Positions 53,186 through 64,000 of a DNA stretch of 64,000 bases are shown here, in pieces (within the stretch, counting starts at the first letter, position 1; each line of letters opens with the position of its first letter). The translations under genes were made by a program, and so were the position numbers. The stretch covers positions 19,963,360 through 20,027,359 of the forward strand of contig NC_043019.1 of NCBI RefSeq assembly GCF_006345805.1, read 5' to 3'. The notes beneath the pieces are model-generated. The model was not told the DNA's origin. It did not search any database and saw only the letters and a program-made list of their open reading frames with translations. The stretch is from Octopus sinensis. Taxonomy: Eukaryota.

Positions 53186-53355
53186 CAAGCAGGTGAGGAA
53201 ATATCCTAATTATATTAACTGCGTCAGATATACTAAATACTACTACTACTACTACTACTACTACTACGAAATACAGCCACGGAAAGAGCCACGGCAGAAG
53301 CAGCAGCAGCAAATTATAGCGAAAATTAAGTTAATACTTGGAATAAGTTGATAAA

Positions 53356-53734
53356 TCTATATATTTATATAAAGCTGAAGTTGTCTGTGTATGGCAGGTT
53401 TGGTAGCCTTCAACTAACACTATCTCCTACGAGACCCTGCGGCGCAAGTTGACCAAAATTGAGAGTATGATAGAAGAAGGCTTGCTCTTCCTTCCGTAGA
53501 AGATAAAATTCAAATCGGACCATGTTAACACCAAAAATTATTTACATCAAATAGGTGCTTTTTTTTTCTATGAAAATCCCTACTTTTTACGATTTTTTGA
53601 CTGCTGTGTCGCCATTTTTCGGTGTATTTCAACCAGAAAAATGTTCACTTAAAGAGAATAACAAGCTACATAATGCAAAATTTCAATTCTAAAGGGTAGA
53701 AACAAACCTGAGCAACGCCGGACGATACTGCTAG
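53356..53734 (+). mobile_element. Non-autonomous Helitron-like element
   Basis: 5' A|TCTATAT; 3' cctgagcaacgccggacgatactgCTAG|T with a subterminal hairpin; AT insertion site. Confidence 0.8.
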
Positions 53735-54364
53735 TGTATAAATAAATACGTGCATTAATAAAAGATTGCATACATACATACATACATACATACATACATA
53801 CATACATACATACATGGTGGCTGCCCCCTCGTTATCGAGTATGGCCATTACACGAAGTTTAATCAATGTTGTTATCGTGCAATGCATGTGCAAGAAGATT
53901 TTTTTTAAAGTGAGGAAAGGCTGTGCACTGAGTCAATCCCACTCACTAAGCAACAGCAGCCATAATCCGAAAAGAAGAACAAGTCAACATCATTGGTAAC
54001 CACTGAGCTGCAGGTTTTATCTCGGAGTTATCCCAGTTACCCGAGTTACCTTCTCCTAGAAGGATGCCCTAACAAAGGCTAGGAGTCCTTCACTCCCAAT
54101 GGTTTAACCGCGCGATCGGGTATTTAGTCCGATTATTTCTATGTCCCGGCGCATGATACAGCCTTAAGTCATTTATTGGATGGCCGTTGACTCTCAAGAG
54201 TTCCTCCGCCCTTTGACGGGTTTTGTTTTTCATCCCTCCTCACCAAGCAAGCTTAGTGTGGTTGCCGGTTTAGTCGCCGACGACCTGACCATGCAACAGG
54301 TTGTACTGGGTTGCATGTTACCAGTAGCACTCGAAAGTAACCTAACATAACATACATACATACA

Positions 54365-54460
54365 TAGGAGCACTCCGTCGGTTACGACGACGAGGGTCCC
54401 AGCTGATACGATCAACGGAACAGCTTGCTCGTGAAATTAACGTGCAAGTAGCTGAGCAAA
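54365..54460 (+). mobile_element. Fragment of a further SINE-like repeat
   Basis: ataggagcactccgtcggttacgacgacgagggtcccagctgatacgatcaacgg, followed by GACA/GATA tracts; recognised by pattern only. Confidence 0.5.
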
Positions 54461-54543
54461 TTAACAGACAGACAGACAGACAGACAGACAGACGGACGGA
54501 CGGACGGACGGACAGACTTGACAGATAGATAGATAGATAGATT

Positions 54544-54672
<129 letters not shown>

Positions 54673-55130
54673 AGCTTGCATTTATCAATTCACCTGGAGC
54701 AAAGATACATACATAGATACACACACACATACATACACACACACACACATACATACATACATACATACATACATACATACATACATACATACATGCATAC
54801 ATACATACATACACACCAATAGAACTATACAAACATAAATAAACCTGGGTATATAAGCGAAATGTGTGGCGTAGATAAGAAGCAACACCTTGTGTAATAA
54901 CTGATAATTATATAAACAGAATGGAAGAACTCTAAAGGGAAGTGTTAATTGATCAAGATGGATATAAAACTGCTGAATTCTTAATGTCCAATAAATAGCC
55001 TCTAGAATTCTAGACATGATTAAGCAATGAACGTCGTTTCTCTTCATTTTGTGCAAGGACTTCTGGTAAAGATCGAAATATCAGTATATAGGCGTTGTAT
55101 GTCTACATTGTTGGCTGGATGTCTATCCAC

Positions 55131-55175
<45 letters not shown>

Positions 55176-55323
55176 GCACTTATGTGTGTGTTCTGTTTTA
55201 ATTGCTTAAAATCGTCCTGTGACGAATGTAGATAACAAAAGAGCAAAAAATTGACATTTTGAACTTGAGAAAATTCTTGCATATTTTTATTTTGCCACTA
55301 ACAGATTTTATTTCTAATCTGTA

Positions 55324-55743
55324 TTCTTTTACTCTTTTACTCTTTTACTTGTTTCAGTCATTTGACTGCGGCCATGCTGGAGCACCGCCTTTAATCGAGC
55401 AACTCGACCCCGGGACTTATTCTTTTGTAAGCCCAGTACTTATTCTATCGGTCTCTTTTGCCGAACCGCTAAGTAACGGGGACATAAACACACCAGCATC
55501 GGTTGTCAAGCAATGCTAGGGGGACAAACAGACACAACACAAAACACACCACACACCACATATATATATACACATATATACGACGGGCTTCTTTCAGTTT
55601 CCGTCTACCAAATCCACTCACAAGGCATTGGTCGACCCGAGGCTATAGTAGAAGACACTTGCCCAAGGTGGCACGCAGTGGGACTGAACCCGGAACTATG
55701 TGGTTGGTAAACAAGCTACTTACCACACAGCCACTCCTGCGCC
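55324..55743 (-). mobile_element. SINE family A
   Basis: Near full-length reverse complement of the 38961 copy. Confidence 0.9.
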
Positions 55744-55751
55744 TATATGAA

Positions 55752-58725
55752 TGTATATATGTATATCATTGTTCAGTTTTATTTCAAGATTTCTTGGCAA
55801 TAGAGAAAGAGCCGGTTTCTAACCTAGATCCAAGTCTCCTTCATTGGAATTTCAACATCAACAGCAAGATGTTTTTGCTTGTATGTATGTCATTATTCAA
55901 TTTTATTTCAAGATTCCTTGCTAGAGAAGAAAAAGACGGTTTCTAATCTAGATCCAAGGGTACTTCATTGGAATTTCAACATCAACAGCAAGATGTTTTT
56001 TTGCTTGTATGTATGTCATTATTCAATTTTATTTCAAGATTCCTTGCTAGAGAAGAAAAGGCGGTTTCTAATCTAGATCCAAGGGTACTTCATTGGAATT
56101 TCAACATCAACAGCAAGATGTTTTTGCTTGTATGTATGTCATTATTCAATTTTATTTCAAGATTCCTTGCTAGAGAAGAAAAAGACGTTTTCTAATCTAG
56201 ATCCAAGGGTACTTCATTGGAATTTCAACATCAACAGCAAGATGTTTTTGGCTTGTATGTATGTCATTATTCATTTTATTTCAAGATTCCTTGCTAGTGA
56301 AGAAAAAGGAGGCGGTTTCTAATCTAGATCCAAGGGTACTTCATTGGATTTCAACATCAACAGCAAGATGTTTTTGCTTGTATGTATGTCATTATTCAAT
56401 TTTATTTCAAGATTCCTTGCTAGTGAAAAAAAAGGCGGTTTCTAATCTAGATCCAAGGGTACTTCATTGGAATTTCAACACATCAACAGCAAGATGTTTT
56501 TGCTTGTATGTATGTCATTATTCAATTTTATTTCAAGATTCCTTGCTAGTGAAGAAAAAGGCGGTTTCTAATCTAGATCCAAGGGTACTTCATTGGAATT
56601 TCAACATCAACAGCAAGATGTTTTTGCTTGTATGTATGTCATTATTCAATTTTATTTCAAGATTCCTTGCTAGTGAAGAAAAAGGCGGTTTCTAATCTAG
56701 ATCCAAGGGTACTTCATTGGAATTTCAACATCAACAGCAAGATGTTTTTGCTTGTATGTATGTCATTATTCAATTTTATTTCAAGATTCCTTGCTAGTGA
56801 AGAAAAAGGCGGTTTCTAATCTAGATCCAAGGTACTTCATTGGAATTTCAACATCAACAGCAAGATGTTTTTGCTTGTATGTATGTCATTATTCAATTTT
56901 ATTTCAAGATTCCTTGCTAGTGAAGAAAAGGCGGTTTCTAATCTAGATCCAAGGGTACTTCATTGGAATTTCAACATCAACAGCAAGATGTTTTTGCTTG
57001 TATGTATGTCATTATTCAATTTTATTTCAAGATTCCTTGCTAGTGAAAAAAAAGGCGGTTTCTAATCTAGATCCAAGGTACTTCATTGGAATTTCAACAT
57101 CAACAGCAAGATGTTTTTGCTTGTATGTATGTCATTATTCAATTTTATTTCAAGATTCCTTGCTAGTGAAGAAAAAGGCGGTTTCTAATCTAGATCCAAG
57201 GGTACTTCATTGGAATTTCAACATCAACAGCAAGATGTTTTTGCTTGTATGTATGTCATTATTCAATTTTATTTCAAGATTCCTTGCTAGTGAAAAAAAA
57301 GGCGGTTTCTAATCTAGATCCAAGGGTACTTCATTGGAATTTCAACATCAACAGCAAGATGTTTTTGCTTGTATGTATGTCATTATTCAATTTTATTTCA
57401 AGATTCCTTGCTAGTGAAGAAAAAGGCGGTTCTAATCTAGATCCAAGGGTACTTCATTGGAATTTCACAACATCAACAGCAAGATGTTTTTGCTTGTATG
57501 TATGTCATTATTCAATTTTATTTCAAGATTCCTTGCTAGTGAAGAAAAAGGCGGTTTCTAATCTAGATCCAGGGTACTTCATTGGAATTTCAACATCAAC
57601 AGCAAGATGTTTTTGCTTGTATGTATGTCATTATTCAATTTTATTTCAAGATTCCTTGCTAGTGAAAAAAAAGGCGGTTTCTAATCTAGATCCAAGGTAC
57701 TTCATTGGAATTTCAACATCATCACAGCAAGATGTTTTTGCTTGTATGTATGTCATTATTCATTTTATTTCAAGATTCCTTGCTAGTGAAGAAAAAGGCG
57801 GTTTCTAATCTAGATCCAAGGGTACTTCATTGGAATTTCAACATCAACAGCAAGATGTTTTTGCTTGTATGTATGTCATTATTCAATTTTATTTCAAGAT
57901 TCCTTGCTAGTGAAGAAAAAGGCGTTTCTAATCTAGATCCAAGGGTACTTCATTGGAATTTCAACATCAACAGCAAGATGTTTTTGCTTGTATGTATGTC
58001 ATTATTCAATTTTATTTCAAGATTCCTTGCTAGTGAAAAAAAAGGCGGTTTCTAATCTAGATCCAAGGGTACTTCATTGGAATTTCAACATCAACAGCAA
58101 GATGTTTTTGCTTGTATGTATGTCATTATTCAATTTTTTTCAAGATTCCTTGCTAGTGAAGAAAAAGGCGGTTTCTAATCTAGATCCAAGGGTACTTCAT
58201 TGGAATTTCAACATCAACAGCAAGATTTTTTGCTTGTATGTATGTCATTATTCAATTTTATTTCAAGATTCCTTGCTAGAGAAGAAAAAGGCGTTTTTCT
58301 AATCTAGATCCAAGGGTACTTCATTGGAATTTCAACATCAACAGCAAGATGTTTTTGCTTGTATGTATGTCATTATTCAATTTTATTTCAAGATTCCTTG
58401 CTAGAGAAGAAAAAGGCGGTTTCTAATCTAGATCCAAGGGTACTTCATTGGAATTTCAACATCAACAGCAAGATGTTTTTGCTTGTATGTATGTCATTAT
58501 TCAATTTTATTTCAAGATTCCTTGCTAGAGAAGAAAAAGGCGGTTTCTAATCTAGATCCAAGGGTACTTCATTGGAATTTCAACATCAACAGCAAGATGT
58601 TTTTGCTTGTATGTATGTCATTATTCAATTTTATTTCAAGATTCCTTGCTAGAGAAGAAAAAGGCGGTTTCTAATCTAGATCCAAGGGTACTTCATTAGA
58701 ATTTCAGGAACATCAACAGGGTATT
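55752..58725 (+). repeat. 124-bp tandem satellite (~24 copies)
   Basis: Unit tttctaatctagatccaagggtacttcattggaatttcaacatcaacagcaagatg...gaaaaaggcgg; identical ORFs 124 bp apart (58359 and 58483). Confidence 0.97.
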
Positions 58726-59193
58726 TTTACATATCTGTGTGTATATGTGCAGTATTTGGAGTCACTGCATGTGCAAATTTGTGTTTTGTTTTGTGTATGT
58801 TTTCTCAGGCATGTCTAGAAATACACATATATATATTTAAATGCTAAACTTCTGAAAAGTTTTACAGATTTTTACAGTTACACTGATGACTTGAATCTGT
58901 AATCTTCAAATCAGCTTTCTCCTTTCTGGTTTTGAGAAGCCTAATTTCTCAAGATTTGTACTTAGGCAGTGTGTTGCATTTATCAGTGCCCCAATAATTA
59001 CAGGTATAAACCTGAATTCGTAATCTGTGTAGAGTAACTGTAGATTTCTCAATAGTTCAGCGTAGGTATCTTCTTTTTCGCTGATCTTAGTAAGTGCATT
59101 TTGGAATTTAAAGATAAAAACATTAATATATATATAATAGAAATATTAAAATTACTAAGTCTTTCTAAAGGAGATTAGGGCAGCGTTACTGGA

Positions 59194-59431
59194 AATTAAT
59201 AGTTATCGCCATACTAATATGGCAGTCTTATAAATATAAGACTAAAGCTGTCGCTGATTAGCTCCAAGAGGCCACCGCCTCAAGCTAGCTATTTGACACA
59301 CGAACCTGCGTCCATTACAAACCTTCGAACAAATAGCTAGCTTGAGGCGGTGGCCTCTTGGAGTTAATCAGCGACGGCTTTAGTCTTATATTTATAAGAC
59401 TGCCATATTAGTATGGTGATAACTATTAATT
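59194..59431. repeat. 238-bp near-perfect palindrome (102-bp arms, 34-bp loop), possible MITE
   Basis: 59194-59295 versus 59330-59431 shows 3 mismatches; the arms contain internal mini-hairpins. Confidence 0.93.
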
Positions 59432-59635
59432 AATATATATATTAATACCACAACGTTATCAAGGCTATCCAAAATAAGTAAATAAGTGAAATTCAAATTG
59501 AACATCTGAGATATTATTAGCTTATAGGCGCAAACAAGAAGAACGCCTAAATCGAACTGAACCTAAGACTTTGCCTCATTCAACTGATGGTGACTTCATT
59601 GGATAACGAATATGGTTTATAAAAATTAAAATAAA

Positions 59636-59793
59636 AGAGTGGCTGTGTGGTAAGTAGCTCGTTTACCAACCACATGGTTCCGGGTTCGGTCCCACTGCGT
59701 GCCACCTTGGCAAGTGTCTTCTACTATAGCCTCGGGCTGACCAAAGCCTTGTGAGTGGATTTGGTAGACGGAAACTGCAAGAAGCCCGTCGTA

Positions 59794-59875
<82 letters not shown>

Positions 59876-60090
59876 TGCGTGTGTGTGTTTTGTTGTCTGT
59901 GTGTTTGTCACCCTAGCATTGCTTGACACCGATGCTGGGTGTTTATGTCCCCGTTACTTAGCGGTTCGGCAAAAGAGACCGATAGAATAAGTACTGGGCT
60001 TACAAAAGAATAAGTCCCGGGGTCGAGTTGCTCGATTAAAGCGGTGCTCCAGCATGGCCTCAGTCAAATGACTGAAGCAAGTAAAAGAGT
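59636..60090 (+). mobile_element. SINE family A
   Basis: Similarity to the 38961 copy. Confidence 0.9.
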
Positions 60091-60410
60091 ATATTTAAGA
60101 AAAGTCAGTTTTCTATTCACCACTGATGGTGACGTCAGTGATTAATGAAATAATAAGAAAAAGAAAAACAAGCAAACATAAGAATTCTACATTATGACAA
60201 TTTGAAATCTACTCAGAAATATAATGTAAAAAAAAGGCTATTTTTGTATATACGACTATTGGTGACGTCACTGGATAACTTAAGAATAAAAAGTAATAAA
60301 CGAGAACTCTTATGTTTTGATTGATAGAAACTTGGATACTTTCCGTCACAACAATTAGTTATCTATTTATTCATTACACAAAACCATTTATAAGAATTAA
60401 TCTCATCATA

Positions 60411-60848
60411 TCTTTATATATAAAACTAAAGTTGTGTGTCTGTCTCCTACGTCTTCTTTATATATAAAAGTGAAGTTGTGTGTCTGTCTCCTACGATTTA
60501 GATTCCTAACTACTCCCACATTTTGCGGTGCAGTGTAACCAAAAGCGGGTATCTTATAGTCGTGATTCATATCGAGCCCTTCTGGGTATTAGTGCGCGTC
60601 TACGATGAGTCCATGATTAAAAAAAAAAATTTACCATTTTTTTTCCATTTTTTAATGCATTTTTTGCTATTATATAAGGGAAGTAACTCTCTAAAAATGT
60701 ATTATTAAATCTCAGAACGTATAAAGCTACAGTAACACCCCCCTTTGTGGTTAGCCATATTGAGATGGCTATTATACTTTACTTCTCTAAAAATGCTTAT
60801 ATAGTTATTTCCCTTACAAACCCGAGCAACGCCGGGCGATACTGCTAG
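60411..60848 (+). mobile_element. Non-autonomous Helitron-like element with duplicated 5' end
   Basis: A|TCTTTATATAT...; 3' cccgagcaacgccgggcgatactgCTAG|T. Confidence 0.8.
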
Positions 60849-60869
60849 TAATATATGAAAAATTATTAT

Positions 60870-61031
60870 AGGAGTGGCTGTATGGTAAGTAGCTTGTTTA
60901 CCAACCACATGGTTCTGGGTTCAGTACCACTGCGTAGCATCTTGGGCAAGTGTCTTCTACTATAGCCTCGGGCCGCCAAAGCCTTGTGAGTGGATTTGGT
61001 AGAGGGAAACTGAAAAAGCCCGTCGTATATA

Positions 61032-61114
<83 letters not shown>

Positions 61115-61392
61115 GTTAATCCAAACAAGAAAACACACAAAAAAACAAACAACGCATATATATATATGCGTGTGTGTGTTTTGTGCGTCTGTGTTTCTCC
61201 CCCTAGCATTGCTTGACAACCGATTCTGGTGTGTTTATGTCCCCGTTACTTAGCGGTTCGGCAAAAGAGACCGATAGAATAAGTACTGGGCTTACAAAAG
61301 AATAAGTCCCTGGGTCGAGTTGCTCGATTAAAGGAGGTGCTCCAGCATGGCCGCAGTCAAATGACTGGAACAAGTAAAAGAGTAAAAGAGAG
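60870..61392 (+). mobile_element. SINE family A
   Basis: Similarity to the 38961 copy. Confidence 0.9.
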
Positions 61393-61419
61393 AATGTAGA
61401 GTAATTAATAACTGAAATA

Positions 61420-61870
61420 TTTGAATGTCTTTCTAAATTTATGGCAACATCTTATTCTAAAGTTTCCATTAAAATTCAATAAAATTAATTTAGAAGTAAT
61501 TATATCATCCATTTCTTCAAGGCAAAGATCACATGTAGAATTATCAATATTGTACGATGGTGCATAACTAATGATGGACCACTTTAAATCATACTTAAAT
61601 GTTTTTATCTTTTAATTCTACTAAGATTTGTAGAATTACTTTGTCTTCTATATTTAAATGAGTGAGAATGATTATGAAGTCTAGATTTCCAAATTGTAGC
61701 AGATGAACCACTATAATAATACTTACGATCTTCAGTTATTATCTTACACTCATATACTATATTTTCCCTTAAACACTGATTTTCTAAAGGGCATACAATT
61801 TTGTGCTGACAGTTACACTGGCATTTATTCACTTGTATTTGGTACTCATAGTTAAAGAAATTTCCACTAG
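61420..61870 (-). mobile_element. PLE GIY-YIG fragment
   Basis: CQCNCQHKIVCPLENQCLRENIVYECKI...YYSGSS...RLHNHSHSFK...LKWSII..APSY....TCDLCLEE...CCHK. Confidence 0.85.
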
Positions 61871-63345
61871 TTCTTTTCGGCAAACTAGGTGTTTGTTGTG
61901 ATTTTAGTTCTGATTTGGGAGCACTAAAGTGCATTAAAAGTGACATTACACCGAGGTTGTTTGAAAATTTTAACTCTGGCTGTAAACCCATAGTTACGAA
62001 ATCGAGAAGACAGCCCGCCAATAATCAAAATTTTATTGCTGATACTATAAGCCGAGATCTGGCAGAAGGGGTAATTGAACCTAGTATTTCTCCCTGGCGA
62101 GCCCAGGAATTGGTAATATCAGGAGAAAACCATTGCAAGAGACTGTGTATTGATTATAGTGAGGACTATAAATAAGTTTACGCAATTAGATTGATATCCA
62201 CTGCCAAATATGCATGACATGATCACAAAAATAGCTCAATTTAATTATTTTAGCACACTAGACCTCAAAAGTGCGTATCATCAAGTTGAGATTCCAGTTG
62301 AAAATCGACCTTATACGGCTTTTGAAGCGCAGGGAAGATTATATTTAAGGCGGCGAGCTGGCAGAAACGTTAGCACGCCGGGCGAAATGCGCAGTCGTAT
62401 TTCGTTTGCCGTTACGTTCTGAGTTCAAATTCCGCCGAGGTCGACTTTGCCTTTCATCCTTTCGGGGTCGATAAATTAAGTACCAGTTACGCACTGGGGT
62501 CGATGTAATCGACTTAATCCGTTTGTCTGTCCTTGTTTGTCTCCTCTGTGTTTAGCCCCTTGTGGGTAGTAAAGAAATATATATCAAAGCAAACGTATTG
62601 CTTTCGGACTTACAGATGCAGTGCCCTGTTTCCAGAGAGTGATCGATAATATAATCGAAAGCCATAATTGTAGAGCTACTTTTGCATATATCGACAACAT
62701 AACTGTGTGTGGTAAATCGAAGGAAGAACATGGTCGAAATTTAAAACATTTTCTTCAAGTTTCTAAGGACTGTAATTTAACTTTTAATGATACCAAATGC
62801 ATTTACAGCACTACATGGATTCGATTGCTTGGCTATGAAATTCAAAATGGTAACTTGAAACCTGACCCTGACCGGGTAAAACCCTTACTAGAACTACCTG
62901 TTCCTAGTACCCACAAAGCATTGAGTCGAATTGTTGGTCTATTTGCGTATTATTCTAAATGGATTCCCAAATTCTCTGACACGATAAAACCGTTGGTTGA
63001 TACTAAATATTTCCCTTTGAGTGAACTAGCTTTATCAAGTTAAAAAACTTTACGAAATGATTTAGCAAACGCTACCTTAAAAGCGATTGATGAAAGCCTT
63101 CACTTCTCAATAGAAACAGATGCATCGGAGGTAGCTATGTCTGGCATTTTACATCAAAACGGAAAGCCAGTCGCATTCTTTTCAAGAACCCTCAACCCAA
63201 ATGAACGTCATTATTCTTGTATTGAAAAAGAGGTCACAGCGATTGTAGAATCTGTGAGAAAATGGTCTCATTTTCTTCTTGGACGTAACTTCACACTAAT
63301 AACTGATCAAAACAGTGTGGCTATTATGATTCATTGTCAAAAGCG
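61870..63345 (+). mobile_element. Ty3/Gypsy pol fragment (RT and RNase H) interrupted by a SINE
   Basis: EPSISPWRAQ, KRLCIDY, FSTLDLKSAYHQ, FGLTDAVPCFQR, AYIDNI, LLGY, IETDASEVA, VAFFSRTL and FTLITDQ. Confidence 0.92.
62349..62578 (+). mobile_element. SINE family B inserted into the Gypsy RT
   Basis: ggcggcgagctggcagaaacgttagcacgccgggcgaaatgc...; splits the GRLY|(Q)..KRIAFGL stretch; short tatat duplication at the flanks. Confidence 0.92.
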
Positions 63346-63364
63346 CAGTAACATATATATATAT

Positions 63365-63613
63365 AATAAATTAATAAATAAATAAAACATATACATATAT
63401 ACATACATATATGTACGTACCTACCACTACATGCATATATGGGTACAGGATACCAAAAAAACGTCGAACACAATGAGAAACGAAAACATAAACACAAAAC
63501 CAAGGAAATGGACATTTTTCTTAAACAACGAAAAAATTGAGTATAGGACATACAAAACAAGGAAAATTCCCCTTCTTCAGTCGCCTTTGTTTCATCTACT
63601 CCACGTTCGAAGG

Positions 63614-63615
<2 letters not shown>
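63365..63615 (+). repeat. Third copy of the dispersed 30955-family repeat; truncates the Gypsy
   Basis: Matches 30955-31135 and, inverted, 47880-48170. Confidence 0.8.
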
Positions 63616-63648
<33 letters not shown>

Positions 63649-64000
63649 GTCGCTATATTTTTCTCTCAACTTTTCACATATCCGACCTTTGACACGTAAC
63701 ATCATTTCACAAATGTAAAATCTGTTTTTGAAAAATAACAACTCACTAAACAATTTAGTTTCTAAATATCAATATAAAAAGCTTACACCCGTTCTTATGA
63801 CTTAATCCCATCTTCTCTCCGTTTTGAGCACTTCGATATAAACTATAGTTTATATTCAAAGTAACTGTATCATTAGAAAATTTAACATTTCTATACACCA
63901 TAACGGAATATATTTCCCTTTGTTCAATAACCAAAACCAATTTCAATATTGCAACTTCGTATATCGTCTTTGAGAGTGTCTCACTATTCAAATATTGTCT

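Noticed and set aside
55879-58674. Repeated ORFs (MYVCHYSILFQDSLL...)
   Set aside because: Translations of the 124-bp satellite in shifting frames, with no protein-like features.

Overview
Repeat-dominated, gene-poor eukaryotic DNA. The SINE families and dense TA/CA/TACA/GATA microsatellites resemble octopus (coleoid cephalopod) genomes; this is pattern recognition, not a database match. The main feature is an ~18.3-kb array of ~121 copies of a 151-bp unit (~1290-19617). The unit is a piece of the reverse-transcriptase coding sequence (motif A) of a Penelope-like element (PLE), and the array runs straight into the rest of that element (RT, then GIY-YIG, 19606-21180). The array has 5-unit and ~25-unit higher-order structure. 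Also present: a 124-bp satellite (~24 copies) grown from a dispersed monomer, several more PLE relics with hammerhead-ribozyme motifs and inverted termini, RTE, R4/Dong-like and CR1 LINE fragments, mariner/Tc1 remnants, a Gypsy pol fragment, Helitron-, piggyBac- and TA-type MITEs, many SINEs, a 238-bp near-perfect palindrome and a 100-N gap. No complete host gene is evident, only a few low-confidence candidate exons and promoter-like patches. Most short ORFs in the track are microsatellite or satellite artefacts.
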